62,266 bases of DNA from Macrostomum lignano (lineage: Eukaryota), in assembly GCA_002269645.1 (NCBI GenBank), contig NIVC01001251.1:1-62266 (forward strand), in the 5' to 3' direction. This document shows, piece after piece, positions 45,470 through 58,806 of this stretch. Both the position numbers and the translations under genes were made by a program. The notes beneath the pieces were generated by a model. That model did not search any database, was not told where the DNA came from, and saw nothing but the letters and a program-made list of their open reading frames with translations. Numbering within the stretch: the stretch's first letter is position 1; each line of letters starts with the position of its first letter.

Positions 45470-46944
45470 CAGTTTGATTGCCCTGCTAATCCGCATAACT
45501 TATCGGATATTTTAGTTCTCACCCCTTTGTACATACGCTCGTAATAAATGTCCTAATCTCCCCTGTGTTTCTCTGTCCGTCAGTTATCCGTTTGCCATTT
45601 ATAATATAAATTATCCTTTAACGCATAACTTCTAAACTTTTTGGGGGGCAAAAGATAATAAAAATGCTTTCTAATAATTTTTACATAACGCAAAGAATCC
45701 ACCACCTGTAACACTGTCAACTGTAATCAGAAAGGTGAATTAAATTCTTAGGCAGCAGCTAGACAACTCAGTTCCACATTAGAATAATGAACAGTAAGTT
45801 ATTAGCAAAATTGTCGTTAATATTGAAGCCAGTATACATTATATGGGCTTTTTTCTTGATTAATGTTCGTTTCGACGTTTTGATGATGTGATTTAAATAT
45901 AATCGAAATTTGTTAACATGTGCGTTGATTAATGTTAACTTCTTCTAAATTATATCTCAATTAAAGTAGTGATATGCTTGTAGTTACCCCATGACAGCTG
46001 GAGTTGTCCTTGGGGTGAGTGCCTGCCCCGATGACCAACACGCAGAAGATATTTTGTGCTCTGCGCCTCGGCCGAGGTCATGCTCGATACAGACACTGAT
46101 AAGTAGTAATGAGGGTTCAGCTAAAGTTTCTCGTTTATACGAAGATTCCCAGCCTTGCAAGCAAGCTAACCTGCGCAGGAAATTGTTCCAAGATTTTAAT
46201 TGCTAGTAGTCTCTGTCCATACAGAAGATTGTGACTGGAGCGAAGCAATTCTTGTGACACAGCTAGGCACAGGATGGCTATGCAGTAACATCTGCAGGCT
46301 ATCATAGCACGAATTTCATCTTTTCTCATATCTGGCATGCTCGGAAATGTTTCTTTCTTTCTTTCACCGCCCTCGCCTCCTCAGCAATGCGGGCAGTCAC
46401 GCTAATCTTTTGCCTCCTCATCATTTCCTCAGGCCCCGCGAAGCCTTTGTGAGATTTGAAGCGAAGACCTCGGAAGGCAGCCAGGAAGTATGGAGGAAGA
46501 AAAGAATGGGATTTGGAAGCCGAGTCGGCATGAAAATGAATGAATAGCTGGGGGCGGGGGCGGTGGAATCTGTGTTTCATCCCAGTCTAGAGTTCCCCAG
46601 TGAATCACTCAGACCCTGGATGAGGCCGCTGCTCCGAATGCTTTTATCCAGATTGGTACTTCGTGCCGGGGCGGAGTTGTCAGCTGACTGCGCTGAGAGA
46701 TTGAATTGGGGCCTGCTATAAATTTGACTGTCTGCTTGGAAAAATTGTCTTTTCTAATTGCTGCTATCTTGAAAATTTTATCTCTGTCTTGAATGCTTTT
46801 TAATGTTATTAAAGTTTCAATAGATAAAAATGGCACCTTTGGCTTTGCTCATAACTGAAATATTTGACTTCATCATCAGATAAACAGAAATTAATTTTCA
46901 ATGAACACTACAATTGCAGCACCAAAATAAAACAAAAAAATTAA

Positions 46945-47205
46945 TAAACACTGATTGCGTCATCAACTAAAAACAATTTACTCGTAATTTTCAATGAACA
47001 CTGGTTGCGTCATCAAATGGAAACAATTTAAAGTTTTAATGAGCACTGATCGCGGCATCAAATGAAAACAATTTAATTTTTAATGAGCACTGATTGCGTC
47101 ATCAAATGAAAACAATTTAATTTTCAATGAGCACTGATTGCGTCATCAAACGAAAACAATTTAATTTTCAATGAACACTGGTTGCGTCATCAAATGAAAA
47201 CAATT
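46945..47205. repeat. About 44-bp tandem repeat (TTTCAATGAACACTGATTGCGTCATCAAATGAAAACAATTTAAT), 5-6 copies
   Basis: Visible. Confidence 0.85.
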
Positions 47206-48460
47206 TTCTCCTAAAACTAAAATGGTTTAGGAGAATTCGTGAAGTTCAATGACTCTCAATGGGTCAGGGCATTTAAGCCAATGCAGAAAGTTAAGCAGAG
47301 TTGACTCCGGTTAGTTAAGCAGCTGACTACGCTGTAATTGCAGTTGACCATACGCTGTGATAAGTAGGGTAGTAGCTCTGAGTTGCGTTGGTAACGGAGG
47401 CTGTGAAGTTTGCGACAGTTCCACGTGTGTATTACTTCTATTCCATCTATAAGATAGTTCTATAATTGGCAATATCATCTGTTTTATAAGATCGACCGAC
47501 TTCGAATCTAATGAAAAACTTTGTCTATTACCTACTTGCGTATGTTCTGTTACACATGCACTCCAGTTGGATTTGTTAATATTTCATTTTACTAACGTTC
47601 TACGGATACTGCGCATAAGCCGCCAAGAAGTTGATTGATTGGAGCAGCAAATCTGGCTCTAAGATAGACAGAATAAGACAAATGAGAAGTGGACTCTACC
47701 CCTCTGCGTGGGGTGCAGAGCAGGCAGCAAGGTGCCAGAAAGCTGTGCGAGTTTGAAAAATCGTTGTTGGAGGATTCAAAGAGATATCCGGGATGGTTGT
47801 GGAAAAAGTAGAAGAAATGTTGATTATAACTATTTGCGCTATCGATAAAATTCTATACAAGTACATCCTGGATGCGTGAAAATATGCTGATATTCGCGCA
47901 TAGAATCAACAGTTAATATCACCGATATTACTTAACAAATAGTGCTAGATCATTTATGTAGTCTTACAACACCCAGTTCGTACCAATCGACGAGAATAAA
48001 AGTACATTCTCAGCTCGTACCTGAAACACTGCGCCAAAAAACAAGAAAAACTCGCAACGATGCTGCTACATTCCGATCATTGCTAAATGCCAGGCTCCTA
48101 AAGCGCAGTAAAGTGCCACCATGCTGCCTACTGGCAATATGGGTGGCGGCACCATATTCTAAAATTATGTGCAATTGTGCCTCCGTCTGACAGTCGTGCT
48201 ATTGTGAAATTTCTTTGCTCTGGCTGGGATTATTTACGGCATTGAAACTTATAACGGATCCTGAATACTGGTCTGGCCATCGGACTTGTTGTTTCTGTGG
48301 ATCTGCGATTTCTGCAGCATAGGCATGGAAAACTGAAGTAGACGGATGCTTGCACACGATTTTCTCAGAAATTAGCGTTTGAAGTTCTCAGACTTTGGTT
48401 AAAGTGACTCGCAATATGTCTATGGCCAAGTGTGGCAGAATCAGTTCTCCGGCCCGCGAA

Positions 48461-48580
48461 ACCCCCCAGTCCTTGGACTGAACAGCCGTACGCAGCCTTC
48501 AGATGCGCCGCGCAATAGCTGCGGCTGAGCTGTCGGTTGCACATCTGGCCTAATCGGGGCAGGTGTAGTTATATTAATTT
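48461..48580 (+). mobile_element. 5'-truncated copy (3' tail only) of the SINE at 50146-50453
   Basis: ACCCCCCAGTCCTTGGACTGAACAGCCGTACGCAGCCTTCAGATGCGCCG...GGTTGCACATCTG is nearly identical to 50328-50416. Confidence 0.85.
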
Positions 48581-49477
48581 TTGTGATTATAAAAATATAC
48601 TGAAGGAATATTCCTATCGAGAATGATGACAAAACTGGAGCCATAGTTATGGTTATGTATTTAGAGTTCAGTCACTATTTTCCAATGCATCGCATACTGA
48701 CTATTGAGCTGCAATAGTGAAATTGCCGTCTGTGACGCATTGACTGGAAGAAAAGAAACAAAGCAATCAGAGCAAAAGCTCCCCAGCTCATAGGCAATCT
48801 CCGGCCATTCATCCACGGCACGCTCCTAAGCAGCATTCATTGTATTTTATTTTGGTAGCTAGCTCGGTGTGCGTTTATTTTTAACTTAAATAGCGGAGAT
48901 TGTAGAATGAAAATCGCACCTGGGGCTTGCGAGCTCTCCAGTCTCTATCCACAGTCACACGCCTGACCGCGCTAGCACAGGTAAAATAGGATTTGTGTTT
49001 TTCCACTTTTTAGAGGCCAATAATACTTTCCGGATCGGGAGCATCCTACCAGGGCTCTGAAGCTTCCCTGCTGGGGCGAGCATGGGGGGAAAAGCTTTAT
49101 TTTAATATTTTATCCAGAGAGAAAGAGGGGGGGATAGCCTGGTAATGCATGCTGTTAGCCAGAAAAAACGCATTACAATCTCCAGCCAGGTCCTTCAGCG
49201 CGACATCAGCAATACGGAGATGCAATATTAGAGTCCCCCCCTCCCCGGATGAAGCTAAAACTGCACGAGCTCAATACTCTGCCATAATGCTGGCAGTCTC
49301 TCTCCATCAAGCTGGCTTTTCCCGAATCAACAGGTTTTCGGAATTGCTATGAATATGCGATGAGAATCCCGGATGCATTTGGATCGAAAGGTGTATTATA
49401 AAAAATATTTTTTGGCTTCTTGATTCTCGAGAAGTCAAAGATGTGAATTTTTTGCAATTGTTGCTATATCAACAGTA

Positions 49478-49823
49478 TCTAATAGGAAATCTAGAGACTC
49501 AAATCCAAGTATCTAATAGGAAATCTAGAGACTCAAATCCAAGTATCTAATTGGAAATCTAGAGACTCAAATCCAAGTATCTAATTGGAAATCTAGAGAC
49601 TCAAATCCAAGTATCTAATTGGAAATATAGAGACTCAAATCCACAGCATCTAATAGGAAATCTAGAGACTTAAATCCACAGTATCGAATAGGAAATCTAG
49701 GACTCAAATCCACAGTATCGAATGAGAAATCTAGAGACTCAAATCTACAGCATCTAATAGAAAATCTAGAGATTCAAATCTACAGCATCGAATAGGAAAT
49801 CTAGAGACTCAAATCCACAGTAT
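49478..49823. repeat. 34-bp minisatellite (CTAATAGGAAATCTAGAGACTCAAATCCAAGTAT), about 10 copies
   Basis: Visible. Confidence 0.92.
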
Positions 49824-50145
49824 CTTTGTCTTTGGATCCTAATTTCAGCGGGATTCTTCTTTTGAAAAAAACTAATTTAATAACTTTCTTCAAATAGCTC
49901 CTTATTTATTAAATATCGCAATCCTATATTATTTATTGATTCAGTATGCATTTAATCCGTAGAAAATCGCAAAACTGTCTCGCAGGAGCCAGGCAGTTCT
50001 CCCTAGAGACAGAAAAAGCGGCTCTGCGGCAAGATCTGCTTCTGGATCGAAGTCTAAGAGCGATCTCGACTGCAAACTCTTCACCAAAACGCTCATCGTG
50101 AGGACACCATGAGTTCCAGCGCGCCGCATTCTACTGTTTTTACAA

Positions 50146-50453
50146 GGGTGTTTTGGCCGAGTGGTCAGAGCGTCGGACTCACGACTTCAAGGTCGGGGGT
50201 TCGATTCTCGACCCACACGGAACAATTTGTGTTCTTGGGCAAGACACTTAACTCTGCATTTCTTCAGTTCACCCAGCTGTAAAATGGGTGCCAGCATTAG
50301 CTGGGGTAATTGAGGCTGTGTGTGGCGACCCCCCCAGTCCTTGGACTGAACAGCCGTACGCAGCCTTCAGATGCGCCGAGCAATAGCTGCGGCTGAGCTG
50401 TCGGTTGCACATCTGCCTATTGGGGTAGGTGTAATCCATTATTGTTATTATTG
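50146..50453 (+). mobile_element. tRNA-derived SINE with CORE (MIR-like) domain
   Basis: A box TGGCCGAGTGG (about 50154), B box GGTTCGATTCTC (about 50198), then TGTGTTCTTGGGCAAGACACTTAACTCTGCATTTCTTCAGTTCACCCAGCTGTAAAATGGG, which resembles the CORE consensus. A 3' tail shared with 48461-48580 and a (TTA/TTG)-rich end follow. Confidence 0.82.
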
Positions 50454-51945
50454 CTTATCGTACAAGCAAGTTCTGATCAAAACCAACATATGGTTTGCCA
50501 GTTGGAATCTACTCATAGATGTATTTCTAAATCGTAAAAAATGGTCCCAGATTCTCGTTCAAGTTCTCCTTGGACCGGCACAGGGGCAAAACTATAAAAA
50601 CGAATTCAGCGGTGTCCCAGCCGCTTTCTCATTGGCGATTTTGAGGATCTGATTAGGGGGATCCCGCCGCCGTATCAATTCGCCATCGTGTCTTCAGCCT
50701 CCGAGTTTTCTCAGCCTCAGCAGCTAATGCGACTCGGGTGCATCAATTTCTCACATTAACCCCGCCTACAACCCATTACTAAGAATTTTCTTGAGTCTGC
50801 TCGGTCGTGTTTCTTGCCATAGTCGATTGAACGTGACAGAGTGCTCCAATCCCGCTGCATCCCATTAATTTCCCAGCTTCTATAATACTCGTTTCTCTCC
50901 CTAACTATATCAAGCAATACTTATAACATTTACTAATCGAATATTAATGCTCATAATCATCGCAAAATACTTCCGAGGTTGCAATTCGAGTCGGGTTTCT
51001 GCTCGCTTGTATTCGCCGATCTTTGCTGTGTTTCGTCGTGTTCTTTTTTTCTGCTTTTAACAATCCTTCGAGTGGTCTTTTGTGTTTGGGTTGGCGACGA
51101 CCATGCAGCCGTAAGCTGAGCCCTGGGCGGTCAAACAAGGCCCACCGCGCGCTGAACTGAAGCGAAGACACTCCCTCCAGCCTAACGAGAAAAGCAAAAG
51201 CAAAAGAGCGAAAGAGAAAGAGAAGAAATTTCAGCTCTTGTTGATTTTAGACTCGGCTTGGCTGCAGACTGCTTCAGGCTTGATTGACCGCCGCTTCCAT
51301 CTCCTCCTCCCCTTGATGGGGATTCTGGGGGATCAGGGAGGACCCGTCAGGCTTCCCGTGTGTGTGTTTGTGCGTGTACAGCATGCGCGGCCTCCACCAG
51401 ACTGCATGGCTGCTGCTGCTGATGGAGTGCTTCAGCAGGGCTGCTCCGGTGTATATAAGCTTCTCAGATTTCAAACCGCTTACCCTCCTCTCGCCGTCTG
51501 CACTCCCCAGGGACCTCCAACTGCATGCCAGCATTCAAGCTATATTTGAGGGCCAATGGATTCAGTTCTGTTTTATATAAATGTGGCGGCTTAAAATCTC
51601 TTTGTGCCTTTACATTTCCCGGAAATACAATAAAATTCGTCCTGGTAAATACAACCTCTTGCATTTTTATTCTCTCAACTTTTTCTGGCCAGGGACCCTT
51701 ATATTTGCCGGAACCTTTATCAATACATAGCAGCCGTCTGTTTGGTCTGAATAGTGATTTTGCTGTTGCCAATATTGCATTCATCACCGATGGCATTTTC
51801 ATGGCGACTAGGTCCTAGCACCTGGAATTGATGAACAAAAATACTAGGGTAGTTTTTAGTTGGTCTAAATCTACACAGATTTGTCTGATCTGAACACTAT
51901 GAATACTTCAATCTGAAAAGTGAAACAGCAATCCATGGAGCCTGC

Positions 51946-52637
51946 CATGGAGTTCGAACAGATCCTAGAGTCTGGCAAGGGAGACCGATTGATCAAACCA
52001 TGGAGTTCTAACAGATCCTAGAGTCTGGCAAGGGAGACCGATTGATCAAACCATGGAGTTCTAACAGATCCTAGAGTCTGGCAAGGGAGACCGATTGATC
52101 AAACCATGGAGTTCTAACAGATCCTAGAGTCTGGCAAGGGAGACCGATTGATCAAACCATGGAGTTCTAACAGATCCTAGAGTCTGGCAAGGGAGACCGA
52201 TTGATCAAACCGTGGAGTTCTAACAGATCCTAGAGTCTGGCAGGGAGATCGATTGATCAAACCATGGAGTTCTAACAGATCCTAGAGTCTGGCAAGGGAG
52301 ACCGATTGATCAAACCATGGAGTTCTAACAGATCCTAGAGTCTGGCAAGGGAGACCGATTGATCAAACCATGGAGTTCTAACAGATCCTAGAGTCTGGCA
52401 AGGGAGACCGATTGATCAAACCATGGAGTTCTAACAGATCCTAGAGTCTGGCAAGGGAGACCGATTGATCAAACCATGGAGTTCTAACAGATCCTAGAGT
52501 CTGGCAGGGAGACCGATTGATCAAACCATGGAGTTCTAACAGATCCTAGAGTCTGGCAGGGAGATCGATTGATCAAACCATGGAGTTCTAACAGATCCTA
52601 GAGTCTGGCAGGGAGATCGATTGATCAAACCATGGAG
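51946..52637. repeat. 53-bp minisatellite (CCATGGAGTTCTAACAGATCCTAGAGTCTGGCAAGGGAGACCGATTGATCAAA), about 13 near-identical copies
   Basis: Period 53 (51998 to 52051). No variable spacers, so not CRISPR-like. Confidence 0.96.
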
Positions 52638-53094
52638 CACTAAATTCCAGTAGCTCTAGAGGGTCCTTGGACTTGAAAGCTTTTCTTCGATGCTTTAACC
52701 CCTGTTGATATTTTCTATACCGGATCAGAATTGCAGTTTTTAGTCTTCGCTAAAGCCATTTGGGTCTCCCATCCGCGTCCTTTCTCGCTCCGTTCCTTCG
52801 TTTCTCTACGCTTGACTGGTCCGGATAGCAAAGTCGCCTCCGGGCTGCATGCTTTCTTATCAGTGTTCGAGCAGCTACCGCCTCGATGGGGGATTCGGAC
52901 CGAGGGAAATTGGGGCTCCCGCCGCACAATGAAGCGAGGACCCAGGGAGGGACACTGCGCTAAAAATATGCTTTTAGTCGGGTTTGGTGGCCACGCTATT
53001 TTGTGAGGCTTCTACACTTAGTTCTTGGTAATAGAAACAGATAATCAAGTTACTGCAGGTTAAGCAATATTGGCAGTGGTTAGTACAGTTGCAG

Positions 53095-53606
53095 CTAAAG
53101 AGTTACAGAGGGGATGCCAGCTACAGAGGGGATGCCAGCTACAGAGGGGATGCCAGCTACAGAGGGGATGGCAGCTACAGAGGGGATGGCAGCTACAGAG
53201 GGGATGGCAGCTACAGAGGGGATTCCAGCAACAGAAGGGATGCCAGCTACATAGGAGATGCCAGCTACAGAGGAGATGCCAGCTACAGAGGAGATGCCAG
53301 CTACAGAGGAGATGCCAGCTACAGAGGAGATGCCAGCTACAGAGGAGATGCCAGCTACAGAGAGGATACCAGCTACAGAAGGGATGCCAGCTACAGAGGA
53401 GATGCCAGCTACAGAGGAGATGCCAGCTACAGAGGAGATGCCAGCTACAGAGGAGATGCCAGCTACAGAGGGGATGCCAGCTACAGAGGGGATGCCAGCT
53501 ACAGAAGGGATGCCAGCTACAGAGGAGATGCCAGCTACAGAGGAGATGCCAGCTACAGAGGAGATGCCAGCTACGGAGGGGATGCCAGCTACAGAAGGGA
53601 TGCCAG
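53095..53606. repeat. 18-bp minisatellite (GATGCCAGCTACAGAGGA), about 28 copies
   Basis: Visible. It is stop-free in several frames, which gives the repetitive ORFs. Confidence 0.95.
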
Positions 53607-56389
53607 CCACTATTCTAGATTCTATATCTGTTTTTTCCATAATTAAAAATAGACTTTTTTACGCTCGTACTACTCCAGATGTTGCTTTCTGGAGCCCCAG
53701 CCTCCAGCTGCACTAATGCCTTCACCGAGGAAGTTTTCTAGGTTGGAACAGTCTAAAAAATAAAATTGATGCACTTAGAAGCCTGGAAGCAGAATTCGGG
53801 GTGTGGAAGAAGAAAGAGAGAAAAAGCGAGTGAAAGTGCAGGTGCAGGCCCGGTGGCACAGATATTTGGCTCGGAGATTTGCTTCTGTTTAGCCTTTAGG
53901 CTGGCCAATTCGTGTTTAATAGCGCCTGCAGCCTTAGGATCTTTTGAACGCTCTACCAGCCTAGCAGCTTGTCTTCTGCATTTGTCTGCTTCTGACGGGT
54001 CCCGACCATTAAGTCTCTGCTTCGCTTTTGAAGCTTACTAATCCCGCACCATGGTCGCTTTGCTCTACATCAATAAAAGTCTGTCGCGGGAGTAAAGCCA
54101 ACAGGATGTTGAAACTAAATTATTTACAAGCCTAGTGGTTTACACGAGACAGCCTTGTGGCTTGCTTAGAACTGCAGTGGTCAGTCTCAGAGGTTTAAGC
54201 TTCGTCTTTTTTTAAATAAAATGAAACGCAAAAAGGCCAGCGCACAATTCGAAGAGAGAAGAAAGTCGTAGGAAAGTTTATGAATTTATGACGTCCGTCT
54301 TCAGATATTTTACGCACCTTGGCTGCATGGATCCCAAACTAACTGGCCTATAAGAATTTCCAAGAAATCATGGATTTTCTAAGAAATGATCTGGATGTCG
54401 GTGGACACCAGCTTGGTGCAGGGTGGTGGCACTTTTTCTCTCTTTTTCCCTTCCTTACGGTCGCTGTTAGCCTTTGTCACCAGAATTTAGTCTATGGTAG
54501 AAAGTCCCCCCCTTCCGGTTTTTCTCTTCGCCTCGAGTTTCTGATGGTTAAGCGATATTAAACCACTTTAAAGCTCACTTTCAAGGAGGTTATTGACATA
54601 GATTTTTGTTTACGGGATTTTATCGATCACTTTCCCGGACATATTGCAAGGATTATTGTTACTATGGTTTACCTTTACTAACAACGCTTCAGTCAAAGAT
54701 TGATTGTTTAACGATGATTGAAAATTTTGCCATAGACAATTTATTTTATATGTACTTCGTATTGTACTAAACGTTCAATGCATGAAAAACATTAGGAATA
54801 GAGTGTCGATGTCGTTGTCGATGTCTATGGCCAAAACCTGCGCAGTCTAGGACGTTTCTGATTCGCTGAGACATCGTTAAACAAAACTTCAGCGTTAAAC
54901 AATGCTTCTAGTCGAGTATGCTAAACGATAGTGACAATAAGTCTATACCTACGCCACTCGTGATTTTGCTTATTGTTTACCTCTAGTACCATATGTATAA
55001 TCTCCCATTGTATGCATCTAAATAAGCGAGCTTCTCTCTTCTCTTCCTTCGTGACTTGAGAAATTTCTTAATGAAATTTTATCTATGGTAAGAATCCCCA
55101 ACACGCCCAGCAGGGGCTTCGCCCCCACACCCCCATTCCCAACTTCAACCATAGACATTACAAGTATGGCTCCGGGATTTATCTGAATACATCCCGCAAA
55201 ATTAAAGTAGTTTAGGCTAAAGTAGCCGAAGGCTCTCGGGATTTAAGTGAAATACCGACCGAAAAACCCATAGAATATCTTATACTTAATACGACGTTCG
55301 TTATGGCAGTTTTCCTTGGGATTAATAATTTTTGATCGGTTTAAAAGAGACCGACATGTACTTTGACTTTAAAACTGTACTAGAAATCCTGTTTACGATT
55401 GTCCGCAATCCCGGGGCTTTCCAGTCCAGTTATGTCAGTGGTCCATGATCGTGCCAGTTTTGAGTGAATTTTCACAGCGGCGGGTGCGAAATTTTATTCC
55501 CTGAGATTTGACTCGTTTTATACAGGAGAGAGCTGTAAAAAGATTTATATTTTATGCTCGCATCCGGGCCGTATATTCTACGCGCTACACTAATGAGTTG
55601 CAAGGACCCCTAAACCCCAGGACTGGGTAAAGGCTTGACAACCATCAACCATTTATAATTAGGCATGGATTTCTTACTTTCTGATCTTTGTAATTTTATA
55701 ACGAGACTTATTTATTATTATTACTGACCTCAATCAACTTCACTAAAATATTTGGCTTCCAGTCCAGCGGCTCAGTGGTCCATGAAGCTACGCTAGAAAT
55801 GTAACAGTTGCGTGACAGCAACACAGATTCTCTCCTTTTTTATCCCTTCTCTATGTCTCACAATTTAGGATTTTAGGGATGCGGGTAGGCACTGATAGCC
55901 TCAGGTGGGAATTTATTTAAGTCTTTCATTCGCAATTTGTCGCCTTGGGGTCCACGGGTGAGTGAAAATAATTATTTGCCCGGCTTGCTTTCGGGATGAA
56001 AGCTGTGAAGGAAAAGTGACAGCTACAGTAAATGTCTTGTCCGCAGACTCGGCCAGCATGTTTCACGCGGCCCTTGTCGGGACACGCCTTTCTAGGAAAT
56101 CGTCGAGTTGTCGGAATTTTCTTTTTTGTTTTACTGCTGCTCTTTGACAGATAAATTGGTACTGGATTGTCGGTCGTAAACTGGAGTCATGATGCTTCAC
56201 TGTTGGCGAGGTTATGCATGTAGTTGGTTGGGAAAAACTTGGATCGCGGAAGACACGCGAGCGAAATTACGAGTTTTATGAAAAGGAGGAATGAAGAGAT
56301 GAATTGTAAAGTGGAAAGTGTGCTGGGTCATGGAATCGAGTTCGGATGTAGTGGACGAGTAGACGGTGGGAGAGGGGGTAGGAGAGAGA

Positions 56390-57697
56390 AGAGAGGGTGA
56401 GAAAAGAGAGGGGGAGAAGAGAGTAGGGGAGAGAAGAGAGGGGGGGAAGAGAGTAGGGGAGAGAAGAGAGGGGGAGAGAAGAGAGTAGGGGAGAGAAGAG
56501 AGGGGGAGAGAAGAGAGTAGGGGAGAGAGGAGATGGGGAGAGAAGAGAGTAGGGGAGAGAAGAGAGTAGGGGAGAGAAGAGAGTAGGGGAGAGAAGAGAG
56601 GGGGAGAGAAGAGAGTAGGGAGAGAAGAGAGGGGGAGAGAAGAGAGTAGACTAGAGAAGAGAGTAGACTAGAGAAGAGAGTAGACTAGAGAAGAGAGTAG
56701 ACTAGAGAAGAGAGTAGACTAGAGAAGAGGGTAGGGGAGAGAAGAGGGTAGGGGAGAGAAGAGAGTTGGGCAGAAGAAAGGGGGAGAGAAGAGAGTAGGG
56801 GAGAGAAGAGAGGGGAGAGAGGAGAGTAGAGGAGAGAAGAGAGTAGGGGAGAAGAGCGGGGGAGAGAAGAGAGGGGGGAGAAGAGAGTAGGGGAGAGAAG
56901 AGAGGGGAGAGAAGAGAGTAGGGGAGAGAAGAGAGTAGGGGAGAGAAGAGAGTAGGGGAGAGAAGAGAGGGGGAGAGAAGAGAGTAGACTAGAGAAGAGA
57001 GTAGACTAGAGAAGAGAGTAGACTAGAGAAGAGAGTAGACTAGAGAAGAGAGTAGACTAGAGAAGAGGGTAGACTAGAGAAGAGAGTAGACTAGAGAAGA
57101 GAGTAGACTAGAGAAGAGAGTAGACTAGAGAAGAGGGTAGGGGAGAGAAGAGGGTAGGGGAGAAGAGAGTTGGGCAGAAGAAAGGGGGAGAGAAGAGAGT
57201 AGGGGAGAGAAGAGAGGGGGAGAGAGGAGAGTAGAGGAGAGAAGAGAGTAGGGGAGAAGAGCGGGGGAGAGAAGAGAGGGGGAGAAGAGAGTAGGGGAGA
57301 GAAGAGAGGGGAGAGAAGAGAGTAGGGGAGAGAAGAGAGTAGGGGAGAGAAGAGAGTAGGGGAGAGAAGAGAGGGGGAGAGAAGAGAGTAGACTAGAGAA
57401 GAGAGTAGACTAGAGAAGAGAGTAGACTAGAGAAGAGAGTAGACTAGAGAAGAGAGTAGACTAGAGAAGAGAGTAGACTAGAGAAGAGGGTAGGGGAGAG
57501 AAGAGGGTAGGGGAGAGAAGAGGGTAGGGGAGAGAAGAGAGTTGGGCAGAAGAAAGGGGGAGAGAAGAGAGTTGGGCAGAAGAAAGGGGGAGAAGAGAGT
57601 TGGGCAGAAGAAAGGGGGAGAGAAGAGAGTAGGGCAGAAGAAATGGGGAGAGAAGACAGTTGGGCAGAAGAAAGGGGGAGAGAAGAGAGTTGGGCAG
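56390..57697. repeat. Purine-rich compound 17-bp minisatellite (GAGAAGAGAGTAGGGGA / GACTAGAGAAGAGAGTA / GAGTTGGGCAGAAGAAAGGGG)
   Basis: Visible, with interleaved variant blocks. Confidence 0.93.
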
Positions 57698-58127
57698 CAA
57701 TGTCCCTGACCGAGATCGGTGACGCGGCCAGCTTGCAAGCCAATTAGCTCAATGAGCTCCGGCCTCCAGCCTCAGCAGTTGGGCCCCCAAAATTGTATCT
57801 TTTAAGCTCGACCGCCTCGAATCTTCTGCCCATCCAGAGCTGAGCCCCTCCAGGGCGGCACTGTGGCTCAGTGGACCGTAAACACACCCCCAAAGCCTTC
57901 GATCCATAAATAAGAGAGTTTTATGCGAGCCGAAACCTTTCAAGTCTGGATTTAATTTCTTCTCATCGTCAAAAAACTGTTTCTAGCGAGTATAGCGGCT
58001 CATTTATGCGTTAAGTTTTTTGAGTGCGTCCCGGATCCCGTACTTAAGACAGGATCAGAGCTGAATTGACCGGTATAAGGAGAGTGGAGTCACGAAGTTG
58101 AAGGGCAGCCGACTGAACTGTGCCAGA

Positions 58128-58379
58128 CAGGATAACAGGGGATAACAGGGTGAGACAGGGGATGACAGAGTGAGACAAGGGATAACAGAGTGAGACAGGG
58201 GATAACAGGGTGAGACAGGGGATGACAGAGTGAGACAAGGGATAACAGAGTGAGACAGGGGATAACAGGGTGAGACAGGGGATAACAGAGTGAGACAGGG
58301 GATAACAGGGTGAGACAGGGGATAACATGGTTGAGACAGGGGATAACAGGGTTGAGACAGGGGATAACAGGGTTGAGAC
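58128..58379. repeat. 20-bp minisatellite (GGGATAACAGGGTGAGACAG), about 12 copies; separate (GA)n at 58722-58804
   Basis: Visible. Confidence 0.93.
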
Positions 58380-58718
58380 CATTCAGCCAATTTCGGACAC
58401 CTGGCCTAGACAGGTACAGTTGGGACTCGCTAAAAATCGATAAAAATTGAGTAGCTGGGGTTTGGCGCAGCTTTATGAGAGTTCAGCAGCCCAGATGCGA
58501 TGGAAGATTTGCGAACACATGGCTTGCGTCTTGTCTTCATCAGCTTGGCCCCAGCTTCCCCCCCCTAGCTTCGAGCTCTCGCAGTGTCTCTCGCCACTCG
58601 ATCCTGACTCATCGACCACTCTGTAGAGACATAGATCTTCCAAAAACCCGCTGCCAAGTCGCGATTCCTTCATTAATTATTGAACCGATGGCCTCAATGA
58701 TGGGCTACTCAGGCAGAG

Positions 58719-58806
<88 letters not shown>

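Noticed and set aside
51946-52637. Regular 53-bp and about 45-bp (61657-62177) arrays as CRISPR-like loci
   Set aside because: No unique spacers, no cas genes, and the context is eukaryotic.
58128-58379. GGGATAACAGGGT in the 20-mer resembles the I-SceI site
   Set aside because: Only 13 of 18 positions match, and there is no vector or homing-endonuclease context. Treated as coincidence.
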